From Octopus sinensis (Eukaryota): DNA of 64,000 bases. The translations under genes and the position numbers were made by a program. Below, one piece after another: positions 1 through 14,264 of the stretch (the stretch's first letter is position 1; the number at the start of each line of letters is the position of its first letter). The notes under the pieces were generated by a model that saw only the letters and a program-made list of their open reading frames with translations, was not told the DNA's origin and did no database searches. Location of the stretch: assembly GCF_006345805.1 (NCBI RefSeq), contig NC_043000.1, forward strand, positions 24,118,001 through 24,182,000, read 5' to 3'.

Positions 1-318
1 AGTCATTGCCTCTGTGAACCCCAAAATTTGAAGATCATGCTTCACCACCTCGTCCCCTGTCTTCCTGGGTTTACCCCTACCACAGGTTCTCTTCACAGTT
101 AGAGATTGGCACTTCTTTATACAGCTGCCCTCATCCATACACATCACACACCAGTGCAGTCATCTCTCTTCCACACCACATCTGATGTCTCTTATGTGCA
201 ACTTTTCTCTCAAAATGCTTACACTCTGTTGAACATGCACACAGACATTGCATATCCAGCGAAACCGGCTTCATTTCTTTCAAGCCTACACATGTCTTCG
301 GCTGTCACAACCCAATTC
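1..318 (-). mobile_element. RTE-clade LINE, 3' ORF fragment
   Basis: The reverse complement matches the VTAEDMxxLERNEA...LREKL...GRPRKTW region of the copies at 7496, 24185 and 54790. Confidence 0.85.
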
Positions 319-599
319 CCAGCATGAGATTTATAGTCTCTGCCTCCATTTCAAATGCTACCTAATGCAAGCATGGGATCCCTCATCCATTGATTGGATC
401 AGAAAAAGTCCTTATAAGCTAGAAACAACCTAAGGGCAGAGCTCCCCTTTCATAATTTTAGTCAACATGGACTGCCAACTGAATTAGTTTAAGGGAGATA
501 ATCCATCCTCACTGAATTGGATTGTTTATTTTTTATTTATTAACTGACCACAACAGAATTCTACCTCCGTAGTTTGAAGAGCTCTATGGCCTTTGCCAC

Positions 600-663
600 T
601 AGAGTCTGAAGAGTTGTTCATAAAGCTTCGTGCTTTATGCATGTGAAACCACTGGTCTCTCTA
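600..663 (+). ncRNA. Hammerhead ribozyme-like motif (type I topology)
   Basis: TAGAG-T / CTGAAGA / stem II containing CATAAAGC-ttcgt-GCTTTATG / GAAA-CC-act-GG / TC (GUC triplet) / T-CTCTA. Stem I has 5 bp plus a U.U pair next to the core. Confidence 0.6.
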
Positions 664-734
664 TGACTGGACATATACTTAACTGCATATAAATATATAT
701 CAACTGTAGAAATTATGCCAAATCAGACTAGAGT

Positions 735-1060
735 CTGGTGTAGCCTTCCAGCTTACCAGCCCTGGTCAAACCGTCCAAATCATGTCAGCATGGACAACAG
801 ATACTAAATGATGATGATCATCATCATTATGGCACCTGTGCCGGTGGCACGTAAACAGTATCCGTTACATTTTTGGAGTGGTTGGCATTAAGAGGAGCAT
901 CAAACCATAGAAACCATACCACATCAGACTGGAACCTGGTGCAGCCTTCTGGCTTACCAGTTCCAGTCGAACCATCTTACTCATGCTAGCATGGAAAGAA
1001 GACGTTACATGATGATGGTGACGACGATGATGACGATAACGACAACAATGATGATGATGA
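735..1060 (+). repeat. Solo RTE 3'-UTR-derived repeat ending in (GAT)n; further copies at ~6565-6920(-), 13700-14110(-), 18050-18272(+), 37775-38230(-), 39615-39780(-), 40865-41527(+), 44095-44200(+), 47466-47745(-)
   Basis: Shared motif gagtggttggcattaggaagggcatccagctgtagaaac...ccatgctagcatggaaa...gttaaacgatgatg, identical in type to the UTR attached to the RTE copies at 21487 and 24185. Confidence 0.85.
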
Positions 1061-1062
1061 TG

Positions 1063-1094
<32 letters not shown>

Positions 1095-1134
1095 TATATA
1101 TATACATACATATATGTATGTATGTATGTACATA

Positions 1135-1364
1135 TATTGGGTCATCCCATAAATAATGCATCTTTTTATACTCCTTTTATTTTTCAAAATTAAGATAAAG
1201 GCATAGGAGTAGCTGTGTGGTATGTAGCTTGTTTACCAACCACATGGTTCCAGGTTCATTCCCACTGCGTGGCACCTTCGGCAAGTGTCTTCTACTATAG
1301 CCTCAGGCCGACCAAAGCCTTGTGAGTGGATTTGGTAGACAGAAACTGAAAGAAGCCTGTCGTA

Positions 1365-1411
<47 letters not shown>

Positions 1412-2840
1412 GTGTATATGTTTGTGTGTCTGTATTTGTCCCCCTAACATCACTTGACAACCGATGCTGGTGTGTTTATGTCCCTGTAACTTAGTGGTTC
1501 AGCAAAGAGACCAATAGAATAAGTACTAGGCTTACAAGGAATAAGTCCTGGGGTCAATTTGCTCGACTAAAGGCGGTGCCCCAGCGTGGTCACAGTCAAA
1601 TGACTGAAACAAGTAAAAGAGTAAAAGAGTAAGTTCTTTTTTAATCTAGAATATCCTCTCCTTCATTTTCTACAATGCTCTTCCATCTATCTGGTAGATT
1701 TGCAAGGTCTCTCTTCCAAAATTCATTTGTCCGTGATGAAAAACACTCCTCTGGTACTGTTCTGACCTCGTTTACAGAATTCATATTTTTTCCTTCCAAA
1801 TGATGTTGAAAACTGCAGAATTAATGATAATCAGATGGGGCAATGTCCAGTGAATATGGTGGGATAGGGCATTGTTTCCCATTTAAAGTGCTCCAGCCTT
1901 TTGAATGTCATCCTCGCTGTATGTGGCCGAGCATTATCCTGATGGAAGAACACCTTTCGTCTTGAAACCAAAGATGGTCATTTTTCTTCTGACACTGACT
2001 TAAGTTGCTCAAAGTAGATCTCCTTTGTTATCGTCTGGTTTGGGTTTAAAAGTTGAAAGTGGACTAAATCTTTGATATCCTACCAAACAGATAACACCTT
2101 ATGTGGGTGAAGACCTTTAGGTTGGGGTGCTAGTGTTTCTCCTTTCCCTACTCACTGTCTTCGGTGCTTGACATTTTTATAGAGAACCCATTTCTCGTCA
2201 CCAGTCACTATTTGGTTCAAAAACGGTTCATCCATAAGACGTGACAGTAAAGAAGAGCACATATTCACTCTCTGCAGGTGATTAGACCTGGAAATTTTGT
2301 GAGGAATCCATTAACCCTATTTGCTGACTTTTCTGATAGCCCACAGGTGTCAATGAATGGTTAAATGACCAAATCCAAGCTTCTCTGCTAATTCCTCAAC
2401 AGTTATGATGGGATTTTGTTCCACCAGGGTTTGCTGAACATCCTCATCAAGCTCTACAGATCTTCCAGTATGGGACTCATTTTCTAGGCTGTAGTTTCTG
2501 GCTCTGAATTTCTGGAACCACCATTGACACTGGCTTGTGTTTATTGTCCGATCCCCATATACTGCATTAATATTCCTTGCACTTACCATTGCCTTGTTGC
2601 CTTTATTTTAACTCATAAAGCAAAATATGTTGAATATGCTCCTTTGTCACTTCCATTATAGCTTTGAAAAAATAATTGTTAAAATCGAACTGCACTCTTC
2701 AAAACTTGCACTAAGAATAAGTACAAGGTAAAATTAGTACCTGCTTTTACAGCAAGTTGATGCAGGTATTTATCTCATTCCCCTCTGACTTTTAGTTCAT
2801 GCAATTGAAAAAACTGCATTATTTATGGGGGGACCCAATA
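1135..2840 (-). mobile_element. Mariner transposon, decayed, interrupted by a SINE at 1201-1630
   Basis: TA-flanked TIRs tattgggtcatcccataaataatgc / gcattatttatggggggacccaata. HTH remnant ARNINAVYGDRTI...WFQKFRARNYSLENESHTGRSVELD. Confidence 0.88.
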
Positions 2841-2989
2841 CATGCCTATTTATGTATATGTACACACACACACACTCTCTCTCTCTCACACTCACACACA
2901 CATATATTATGTGGACAACATTTTCAATTAAGAAGTCAAGACTAGATACAACTGTATCTAATTCTTCAAGTGCTTCAGTTCTGTGTATG

Positions 2990-4272
2990 TATTGGGTTGG
3001 CAACTAAGCTCCCGCTGTTATTTTAAATTTTGGAATTTATTGCGTTTTTAAATTTTGGAATCTATTTTTTTTTCGAGAATTCTATTTTTGAATCATTTTG
3101 GAATCTATTTTGTTTTTTTTCTAGTTAATTTTTGTTTATTTTCAGATCATTAAAATGGAAGGTCAAGTTAAGAAAAACAAGCATTTTCAACACCTCCTTT
3201 TTGCTTTTAATCAAGGTTCTAAGGCTGCAAAAGCTGCTCGCAACATTTGTGCTGTATATGGAGAGGGTGCCATAGCTGAAAGAACCACTCGTGATTGGTA
3301 TGCCAAGTTCAAAAATGGAAATTTCGACCTCAAAGATGCACCTTGTTCTGGCTGTCCAGTTGAGTTTGATGAAGAGCAATTAAACTAACTTTTGCATGAA
3401 AATTCTTGTTAAACGATAAGGGAACTGGCAGAGAAAATGGAATGCATCCACACTGCTATAGAGAAGCATCTTCACTCGAGAAAGGTTCAGGAGTATGGAG
3501 CATGGGTTCCGCATGCTCTAAGTGACAACAACAAAAATCAATGAGCCACAATCTCCACTGGTTTACTTGCTTATCACCACTCAACTCATGGACACAAGCA
3601 ACTATTTCTTTACCAAATCATTAATGGCAACGAAAAATGGTGCCTGTACATCAATATGAAGCAGTGTAAGGAATGGTTTAGCCCTGGTAAAGAAGCGTCA
3701 CCACGCGTGAAACAAGATCTTCATCTGCATAAAATGATGTGCGTATGGTGGGACTGGGAAGGGATTATCCATTACGAATTGCCTGAACGGAACCAAATGG
3801 TCAACGCGAAACTTTATGTTCAATAGATGGAACGACTCAACATGGCTATTCAAGAGAAAAAAACCTAATTGGCAGTATGGGGTTCTTCTGCTGCATGACA
3901 ACGCCTGCCCTCATATCGCCAATATGACCAAGGAAACCATTCAAACACATGGCTGGGAAGTGCTGCCACACCTGTAGTACTCTCCTGATTTGGCACCAAT
4001 GGATTTCCTCCTCTTTCGATCTCTTTCAAATGCTATGCATGGAGTTTCGTTCTATACTGATGCAGAATTGAAAGCTTGGTTGGATTGATTTTTTGAGTCA
4101 AAATCGGGTGATTTCTACAATGAGGTATTGAAAATCTTGTTGAACGTTGGGAAGAAGATGGAAACAGCAAGGGCAAATACATTATTGATTAATTAGTTGT
4201 TATATTTTATTAAACCCTTTAAAAAATTTTTATTTAAAAAACCCCAGCAGGAACTTAGTTGCCAACCCAATA
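2990..4272 (+). mobile_element. Full-length but inactivated mariner transposon (~1.28 kb)
   Basis: TIRs tattgggttggcaactaag / cttagtttgccaacccaata. Transposase remnants [38 protein letters not shown]. Many stops and frameshifts. Confidence 0.92.
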
Positions 4273-7200
4273 CATTTATGTACTAGATTACTGACATTTA
4301 GCAAAGGTTTCTCCCATTGTGTTGATGCACCATTTTTTATCATTAATAAAATTGTCAGCATTTTTGACAACACAGGTATCCTAGTTGTAATATAGTACTC
4401 AGGTTCACTATAGTAAAACAACATTAATGTGATTTGAACTTAGAGCATGAAAAACTACTACTGACCCAATGATACATTTAAATGATTAATATCTTGGTAT
4501 AAATTTCAACCTTAATTTAGCTTTTTTATGTTGTACATATACCACAGCAGATTGGTTTGCTAAATGAAAAGGAAAGAGATTTGCTTTCATATCTCTATTA
4601 TATGTATCATCATTCTCAATAAAATAACCAGGAGGTATATTTGGCTCTGACCCTTTATTGGAATTTTTCCCCACTTTATCAGTGAAAGCAACCCAAGACA
4701 TTCGCAGCATAATCGCTCACAACTGCAAGGCCAAGGCCCTGGAAGAAGTGTGCACTCATTTGAGTGATAGCTGACACTTTTGTTAGCTGAAATGCAATAG
4801 AAGTCGACAACTATAATTATCTCAAAAAAATTTCAGATATAATTTGCTTGAAATGTGAACTATTGTGACTTTAAACGTTCAGTCATGGACATCATAGGCC
4901 CCACCTCCTCACTGTAGTTTTCACTGTATGTCAAGGAAACTGGATTGTTTAGAGGAGGTGCAATTTTACTTAGAAAAATATCTGAAACCAGATGTAAACA
5001 TTTCAAACATGTAAAAAATATTTGTTAAAATAGAATAACAAAAATACAATATGTCATCATGGAACAGATCTGTAGCTGGAGATGAACAAAGATCAAATAC
5101 AATCTCATTATACTAGTCCCTGCCTTCTTTAGTAGTTTCCATAACACATTAACAGAGGGGATATTACCCACGCAAATATTTTAAAAAAGGTATATAATGG
5201 ATGGATGGGTTAATAAATGAAAATAAGAATAAACCAGTTTGCAAAATTAGCTTCTATTTGATCGGCTGTTTGTAAAATGCTATTCTGCAAAGGGAGAACT
5301 GATCTGCACAAAAAATGCAAAACCACTGACATTATCATCAAACCTTGGAACAAACTTTAAGCCCATTGAACCGCTTTCCATTGTCCTCAGACAATCCTAT
5401 GATCTTATTGATTATCCCTCATTTGCTTTGATCAGTAACATTGTGTCGTCTAGTGTGAGCCATGGGTTTATTTACCCATTACTGCCGCTACCATGTGAAA
5501 TAACAAATATACAACAAAGAGCCTCCTCATAAAAAAATGAAGACAGCCATGCTGTCTCATTAGTGACTTTGATCAGGTAGGCCTATAATCAAAGGTTATG
5601 TAAGAAATAGTTTACAATATCTTAAGCCTTCTCCAAGGCTTCTCACCTGTGATTATATGCTTCCACAATCATCCTATTTTTCAGTCAGTGTATCCTAGGA
5701 CTAGGTAATCAAATACATTTTTTAAGGCAGTAGAGTGTGATATGAGTGAAAATTGGTAGTTATTTCTAGCACATCAAAATACTGCTAAGAGCCATAGTTG
5801 CCAAACATTTTCTTGTTTTTTTAAATTTTTTTTTTTACAGAGGGCTGTACCAAGCTTCAATATCTCATTTGACTTAGTTTCTGCAGCTGGATGCCCTTTA
5901 TAATGCCAACTACTTTACAGAGAGTACTGCATGCTTTTTTCATGCATTTTTCATGCTTTTTTCAGCACTGGTGAGGTCACTAAGTAGCTCACAAGACAAG
6001 AACCCTCAATTGACTTGGGCATAGCATTCAGGGATGTGAAAGTATGACAGAGGAATATTAAGGGTTAATAAAAATGACATTTTTCTAACCACACACAGAG
6101 TGGGTGATTTCCACAACAGAGCATACCTTTACCTTGTTTATTGGGGCGATTTGAATTTGACAGATGTTATCAAACCAGAAAAACAGGAAAACATGCAGAC
6201 ATACATACGTACATGCATACACATGCCAATATATATATAATGGGCTTCTTTCAGTTTCTCCCGAATTGCTACACAGAGGTACTGGAAGTGCAAAATAATT
6301 GTTGGGTAATTCCCATGTAAGAAGATAGTGTTTTCTTTTTACCTCTTATTTCAACCCAGTTACCTGGAAAAACCACAAAATTGGGTCAGTTGCTGAAACT
6401 ATAATGTTTTATAAAAAAAAAAAATTGAAATGATTGTTGTATTTTAATATCATTGGATACACCCATATGATTTGAAATACGATTGTTCCTAGAGGATGTG
6501 TGGGTAACAAAAGCTAAAAATATTGGGCGTAGTCCATAAAAATGCCTATAATGTCAAAATATAATCATCATCATCGTTTAACGTCCACTTTCTATGCTAG
6601 CATGGGTTGGCCAATTTTGACTGAGTGCTGGCGAACCAGACGGCCGCACTTGGCTCCAATCTTGATCTGGCAGAATGTCTACAGCTGGATACCCTTACTA
6701 ATGCCAACCACTCCGAGAGTGTAGTGGGTGCTTTTTATGTGCCACCGGCATGGGGCCAGTCAGGCGGTACTGGCAATGATCTTGCTTGAATCTTTTACAC
6801 ATGCCACCGGCACAGGTGCCAGTAAGGCAGCGTTGGTAACGATCAGGCTTGAATGGTGCCCTTTTATGTGCCACCGGCATGGAGCCAGTTGGCTGCTCTG
6901 GCAACGATCACGCTCAGATGGTGGTAAAATATTATATATATATACATATACATTAGCAGAAATACCTGGTGTTGCTCAGGATTAAAATGGCATGGTTTTT
7001 TATTGTTTTACTTGTTTCAGTCATGTGACTGTGGCCATGCTGGGACACCGCCTTTAGTCAAAGAAATCAACCCCAGGATTTATTCTTTGTAAGCCTACTA
7101 TTTATTCTATCGGTGTGTTTTGCCAAACTGCTAAGTTATGGAGACGCAAACAGAGCAACATCGGTTGTCAAGTGATGGTGGAGGTACAAACACAGACACA

Positions 7201-7495
7201 CACACACATATAGGGAGCATTCACAAAAAAAACGAAAGACGATGCCAAGTGGTGTAGATAACAAACAGATGTATTAGTTTAAAGCTCGGGAAGTGAAAAA
7301 CTCTTTAAAGTTTTGAGCCTACATGCTTCCACAGAAGGAAACAAGGAGAGAAAATAAAGAATGTGTAGTGGCTAGCGATCTATCATGGTGAATTCCGGAC
7401 AGAGGGGTCACACAGGAGAGCTAGAAAGTAGAGAAAACAGAGTAAGACAAACAGAGTAGGAAGAAATGACAATAGGAAAAAGTAGAAAGTAGTCC

Positions 7496-8510
7496 TCTAG
7501 GCAATAACAGATGAATTCAAGACAGGATGCCCTTGGGGGCTCCTCTATGCTGATGACCTTGTTCTAATTGCTGAGTCACTATCAGAACTTGAGAAGTTTC
7601 AGTTGTGGAAACAAGGATTAGAATTGAAGGGCCTTAGAGTCAACCTAGCTAAAACCAAAGTCCTAATAAGTAAGAAGGCAGACAAACCACAAATCCCTTC
7701 AGGTAGATGGCCCTACTCTATCTGTAGAAAAGGCATAGGTAGAAACTCCAAAAGATGTACCCAGTGTAAGCTATGGACACATAAGAGGTGCAGCAATATC
7801 AAAGGAAGGCTAACTGAGAAGATAGTTTTTGTATGTGGCAAATACTCAGGTGCTATAAACACTGGAAATGTGCAGAGAACAGCTTCTGTCACATTCCAGG
7901 GAGAAAAACTACTGGTAGTTGATAGCTTCCGTTACCTAGGTGACCAAGTCAGTAGCAGGGGTGGATGCTCTGAAAGTGTAAGTGCTAGAATAAGAATAGC
8001 CTGGGCAAAGTTCAGAGAGCTCCTACCTCTGCTGGTGACAAAGGTCCTCTCACTCAGAGTAAAAGATAGACTGTACGATGCATGTGTACGAACAGCCATG
8101 CTACATGGCAGTAAAACATGGGCCGTGACTGCTGAGGACATGCGTAAGCTTGCAAGGAATGAAGCCAGTATGCTTTGATGGATATGTAATGTCAGTGGGC
8201 ATACATGACAGAGTTGTAAGCACCCTGAGAGAAAAGTTGGGTTTAAGAAGCATCAGATGTGGTGTGCAAGAGAGATGACTGCGCTAGTATGGTCATGTGT
8301 TGCGGATGAATGAGGACAGCTGTGTGAAAAAGTGTCACACCCTAGCAGTAGAGGGAACCTGTAGAAGAGGTAGACCCAGGAAGACCTGAGTTGAGGTGGT
8401 GAAGCACAACTTTTGAACATTGGGCCTCACCGAGGCAATGACTAGTGACTGAGACCTTTGGAGATATGCTGTGCTTGAGAAGACCTGACAAGCCAAGTGA
8501 GACCATAGTC
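7496..8510 (+). mobile_element. RTE-clade LINE, 5'-truncated and decayed
   Basis: LYADD RT motif, LKVNLAKTK, C-x-C zinc-knuckle-like region, SFRYLGD, AMLHGSKTW. Contains stop codons. Confidence 0.92.
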
Positions 8511-9517
8511 CGTGGCCTATGCCCGTAGGTTTAACCTGCCCACTTACGAATTCCCCTCATTCATTGCTGACATGGCTGATGACAGTACTGCCTGATTGGC
8601 ACTCATGCCAGTGGAACGTTAAAAGCACATCTGAGCATGATCGTTTCCAGGGCCACGGATTGGCTCCCGTGCCAATTGCAGATGATATTTATGATTCTGT
8701 GAATATACAGTGGTTCCGTAAACAAATATTCATTCTGCGAATACCTGGGACTGTGAATGCTGAACCACGAATAAGTGGAGGTACATTGTTCTCTGATTGG
8801 TATTCAACACTCAGTAAATTCAACATCTGTAGTACATACTGAAAGAAAAATAGCTTGTGTTTCTTTTCTGTGGTGTATGTGGGAGATTTGAAATAGAGAC
8901 ACCTACCTTCTCTTCGTCGACGTAGACTTCTCCAGCAGTGACGCGCCCTTTCACATGGCCCAACCAAACGCTAGAAATAGCAGCTGCTTTTCCCCTACTT
9001 TGACTAAGTGCTCACACGTCCAGCTCTGTCGGCCACCCCGATCGAAAAGGCCCAATCCTCCCCTGCCTGCGTGTGCATCACTCCTGCCCCTTCCTCTTCT
9101 GGTCAGTCCCAAGTTCCGGTCAGCTCCCCAGCTGCTGACATCATCCCACACTTTCAGGATTGTTTAATCTTATGGATCAATAGTCTATGTTTGAAGAGTT
9201 GGCGAATGGGCAAACACACGCATCTAGACATGCACACATAATTTATCCTCACTGAATATCTCCCCAGCATTTCTACTCTCTCTTTTGTACTCTCTCTATC
9301 TGAATCTCTTACACACATATGCACACATACACACACACATGGGTGTCATCAATTTGTCAATTGAGAGGAGAGAAAAACTGCTCTGTGAATGTAGAAGGCT
9401 ATCTGTAGGACATAATGTGGTGTGTCCAAGAGCCAGAAGTTGTCTATGCAAAAGTCAAGACAGTCTTTCACACTTTCACTCCTGTCTCCCCACTCACCCT
9501 CTCTCTTTCACACATAT

Positions 9518-9689
9518 AGGCGCAGGAGTGGCTGTGTGATAAGTAGCTTGCTTACGAACTACATGCTTCTGAGTTCAGTCCCACTGCATGGCACCTTGGG
9601 CAAGTGTCTTCTACTGTAGCCTCGGGCCAACCAAAGCCTTGTGAGTGGATTTGGTAAACGGAAACTGAAAGAAGCCCGTCATACATATG

Positions 9690-9722
<33 letters not shown>

Positions 9723-9941
9723 TTGTGTGTCTGTGTTTGCCCCCCCCCCCCCCCAACATTGCTTGACAACCAATGCTGGTGTGTTTACATCCCCGTAACT
9801 TAGTGGTTCGGCAAAAGAGACCGATAGAATAAGTACTAGGCTTACAAATAATAAGTCCTGGGGTCGATTTGCTCGACTAAAAGCGGTGCTCCAGCATGGC
9901 CACTGTCAAATGACTGAAACAAATAAATAAGTAAAAAGAGT
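9518..9941 (+). mobile_element. tRNA-derived SINE family A; other copies at 1201-1630(+), 7003-7210(-), 18655-19020(-), 19601-20031(-), 50577-50989(-), 52668-53070(-), 59091-59499(+)
   Basis: Pol III A box (TGGCTGTGTGA/G) and B box (GTTCAGTCC), a conserved body, an internal (TA/TG)n tract and a 3' end tgactgaaacaagtaaaagagt. Probably one of the described octopus tRNA-SINE families (not verified). Confidence 0.9.
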
Positions 9942-12900
9942 AATACACACAGGCATTTGACTAACAACATTTTAGCTGAAACTATCTGGGCACAACAGAA
10001 GTATTCTCTTTCCCAGTTGTGAGTAGCAATAACTTTCTAAACCATGCCATCCTTCCAGCAGGATGGCATGGTTTAGAAAGTCTTCCCTCTATAAACATGG
10101 TAAATTTTTCTTTAATTTACTTGTGTTTTCCTTTCTTCAGTGTGGCTCCCTAAAAAAATCCAGGTTTTGGATTTGGCCTGGATATAAAAAAGTTTGAGAA
10201 CCACTGGTTTAGAATCATATCACTTTTGCTTGTTGACATTATTAATCCATTTACTCTCCTTGAAGAAGATACCTAAAATCAACATGTCTTACGAAATTCA
10301 TTGATAAATATTCACTTCTTTACAATTTATAAAATTGTATGTAACTGGTCTTCTATCATGAAACTAGAATGATAGGTCCCTAAAGAGGAAATTAGTATTA
10401 TTTTCAATCTTATCAGTCATTGGTGTTGATATTATCAATCACAATTTGCTTGGTGAAAAGGCTATCTAAAGTTTGAAATGAAGGTAATTTCCTTTTTAAA
10501 TTCATTGAAAAATATTAAATAAAGTCTAATTAACCTGTCACTTAAAAAAAAAAGTCATGGGTGGTGATAATTATCTGTTTAGAACTGTATTAGTCTTGTT
10601 TATTAACTGCACATGTTACTGAACACTTCAAGAAGAACTGCAAAGAATGTATGCAGTTACTGAAGTGTTTTTTATCTTGTTATTCCCAACAGTATGATGC
10701 AAGTATATCAAGCATATATGTGTTGGAATGGAACAAACGGTGGCAATATTCAATTAGTTGCCATTTTTGAATTGTTCAATGTAAAAAGTCAGGTTCTTAT
10801 AAAAATGACAAACTTATTCTTCCTCTGTTTAACAAATGTGGTCAAATGATTGCTGAAAGGAACACATCTGAATTATTTAGTTGTCAGATTGACAACAGCT
10901 GCTACGAAGCTCTCTTTCCTATAAACAACAATGAACAAAAGAGAAATGTAGAGGGGAAAAAGAAATAAAAAGAATACTGTGAAAAAGAAATGTAAAGAAT
11001 GAAAATTCAAAAAATAATCATATAATAGTAACAAAATATTACAAGACAGTGAAAAGGATACAGAAACAAGGCTGCAAAAATAAGGGGATATGAGAGGATG
11101 ACAAGAGAACAAGAAAGTGATAAAGAAGTTAGTATCTTCCAGGTTTTCCCATCAATGGCTTGGATCTCATCAAGTGTCCAATCAAGCAGCCCAAATGTTA
11201 GTATGAGTAATGGCACACAAACACACTGTGAACCACCTTTTTATTGAATGAAGAGAGTTCTGAGGTCCAAATTTTCTTTATTTGGCTGTAATAGTTTTAG
11301 TGACAAGTATTTTGTTAGAAGTGTTATAGTAAGATATGTTTTCATCCACCCCTAGATCCCTGTAGCGTTCTTCATCAGATATAGGGGAAACAGTCAAGTC
11401 ATTGAATGAGATGCTGCTATGTGTGTATGTATGCCATTGCTCAGTTTTATTTCAAGATTTCTTGCCAATAGAAAAAGAGCTGGTTTCTAATCTAGATTCA
11501 AAGCTCCTTCATTGGGATTTCAGCATCAACAACAGGGTACTTTTGTTTGTATGTATGTATGTCTCTTCTATTTTTTAATTATTATAAATCTTCTACTGAG
11601 AAGGGAGCCAGTTTCCAAAAAAGATATAAAGCTTCATCTTTGGGATGTAGTTAACACAGACAAATTCACATTTGGAACTTGAGAAAAGTCTTGCATATTT
11701 TTACTGTTCCACTCAGAGATTGGACTCATAATGTACAGATCAGCTGGTCAATTTCTCTTTCAGAAAATCCCAGTTCATCTCGATTCTCTTTTTAGCATTT
11801 ACTAACAAACCCTAGTGCTCCAATTATTATTGGTATGAATATGAATTCATAGTCTGGATATAGAAGCTGGAGGTTTCAAAGCAGTTGTCCATAGATATCC
11901 TCTTTTCCTTTGATTTTCAAAGAGATATTTATATTTTCAGGGCAGCTAACCTCTATGACGATACAAACCTTTGCCCCTCTGTCCCATCCCAAACAACAAT
12001 ATCTGGCCTGTTATGTTTACATTTGACAGAAGTTTTGATGGGAGTATTCCACCAGTATTCCTTGAGTTGGTGTTTATGAATGTATTCTGTAGCAGTAGCT
12101 GATATCCTCACTGTTTGAGAGACACAGCAGGAATGATCTCGTTTGAGATTACAACCACCTTTGGCTGGGTTGTTCCTGTTGTGTCCACTGATCTGATTGG
12201 TTGACATATGGCACGGTTTGTCTCTACTTTATTTCGCGCCACTGTCCAAAGCCAACTAATCACGGCCTTAGGATAAGGTCACATGACCCAGTCTTTTGGA
12301 TGTTCTTCAGGGGCCTTTAGAATGCTTTAAAAGGCCTAAGAATTTTCCATTCCTGGTCTTTGGTCTTAGGCCATTGACCACACCTCCACAGAGCAGCCAG
12401 TTCCAGTGACGACCACACCAGCCATGTTCCTGCTACAGCCAGCAACGACACCAACATACACCAGCAACGCAGGACGTCTCTACCACTGTCGCCGTTCTCT
12501 ACTGTCGCCATCACCACTGTCGACCTCAACGATATGTACACAGTAACTCGATCAAGTTTAGCTTACATGCTGTGTGTGTAGACACACCAAGGTTAACAGC
12601 ACAACTCTACCGGCAAGATCTTCTGTACCGATGTAACCTGGCAAATGGATCGAAGCCCCAACTTCTACACGCGTGGTAACTGCTCTCCTCTTTGCCCCAA
12701 CTTCATTGACACAGAACCATGATGTGTGTGTGTGCATGTGAATATGTGTAAATCAATGGGTCCCAAATTTTCTTGAACTGCCACCCCTTTGGCTCTCAGA
12801 TCACATTCATAGCCTCTCCACCACCTCTACATACATATACACACCACACCACCAAAAACATAGACCTCTTTCTATTGCGAATTCCAAACGACTGTATTTC

Positions 12901-13575
12901 ACAAATAAAACTTAACCTAGTTAATCCATTAGTTTGTTGTTTTTACAATATGAAATAGTAAATTTACATCTCACCTGAAGCATTTTCATATTTTTAATGT
13001 ACTTTGTGCAGGGATATCAGCTTCTTAACATCAAGTTGAAAGTATATTTCTCTATTTTACTGTTTTTTAATGATTTCTTGGGAATGTCTTAAGTGTATCA
13101 TTTTTAATATTTGCGTGTGTATTTGTGCCATTCTAAGGCCGTGGTGGATATGTTGTTTGTTGTAGACGCGTTCAAAAGTGGTATGTATTTTGTAATAAAG
13201 AAAGTCTCTTTACTAATTCGTTGGCTACAGGTTGTATTGTCCCTGAATTAGTAGAGGGGAAAAATTCCTCCTCCTCCTCCTCCTTTTTCTTCTTCTTCCC
13301 TACTGAGAATTCACAACGACCTCGAACCCACAAGAGTAAACAAGAGAGACAGAAACAAGGAAAATGCCACTTGTATTTGAACACTATGCAAATATTCTTT
13401 TAAAAAACTTTTGTTTTAATTTTTCCAAAATTTAATTGTTTTCCATACTTAAAGTTGAAAAAGTCTCAATGACTGAAACTGGTACTGAAATGTATTTTAT
13501 AAAATTATTTTAGCATTTTCTACCTTGACTTTTTTTTCCATATATATATATATACCTGTACACCACTTCAAACAG

Positions 13576-13647
<72 letters not shown>

Positions 13648-14264
13648 CCTACCTACCTGCCCCTGTGTGTGTGTGTGTATGTGTGTGTGTGTGTGAACGA
13701 TGGTGATCATCATCATTTAACATCTGCTTTCTGTGCTGGCATGGGTTGGACAGTTTGACTGAGGACTGGCAAGCTGGGAGGCTGCACCAGACTCCACTCT
13801 GATCCAGCAAGGTTCCTACAGCTTGATGCCCTTCCTAATGCCAACCACTCTGAGAGTGTGGTAGGTGCTTTTTGCATGCCACCAGCATGGGAGCCAGTCA
13901 GGTGGTACTGGTATTGACCATGTTCAAATGGAGCTTTTTATGTGTCACCAGTACAGGTGCCAGCCAGGCGATACTGGCATTGGCCATGCTCGAATGGTGC
14001 TTTTTACATGCCACCAGCATAGATGCCAGTCAGGTGGCACTGGCATTGGCCATAACTATGATTTCACTTGGCTCAACAGGTCTTCTCAAGCACAGCATAG
14101 TGCCCGATGAATGCATTTAGAATTTAATATATGTAAATCCTATAAACTAAACAAGAAGTATTGTCTCTGGCCCCTACTCTCCTTGGGTTTTGGTGTACTC
14201 CAGTCAGTTGATGATTGCTTGACCCTGTTTGAATTACTATTACACAATATAATTTGAACTTACT

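Noticed and set aside
8900-9150. GC-richer patch with short ORFs on both strands (similar patches at 12330-12720 and 28500-28800)
   Set aside because: No product, splice sites or element termini could be assigned. These are probably unclassified repeat or LTR fragments.
11339-11378. CTGATGA...GAAA spacing on the minus strand (also ctgatga within YADD codons of RTE copies)
   Set aside because: There is no stem II or stem I pairing, and it lies inside LINE coding remnants.
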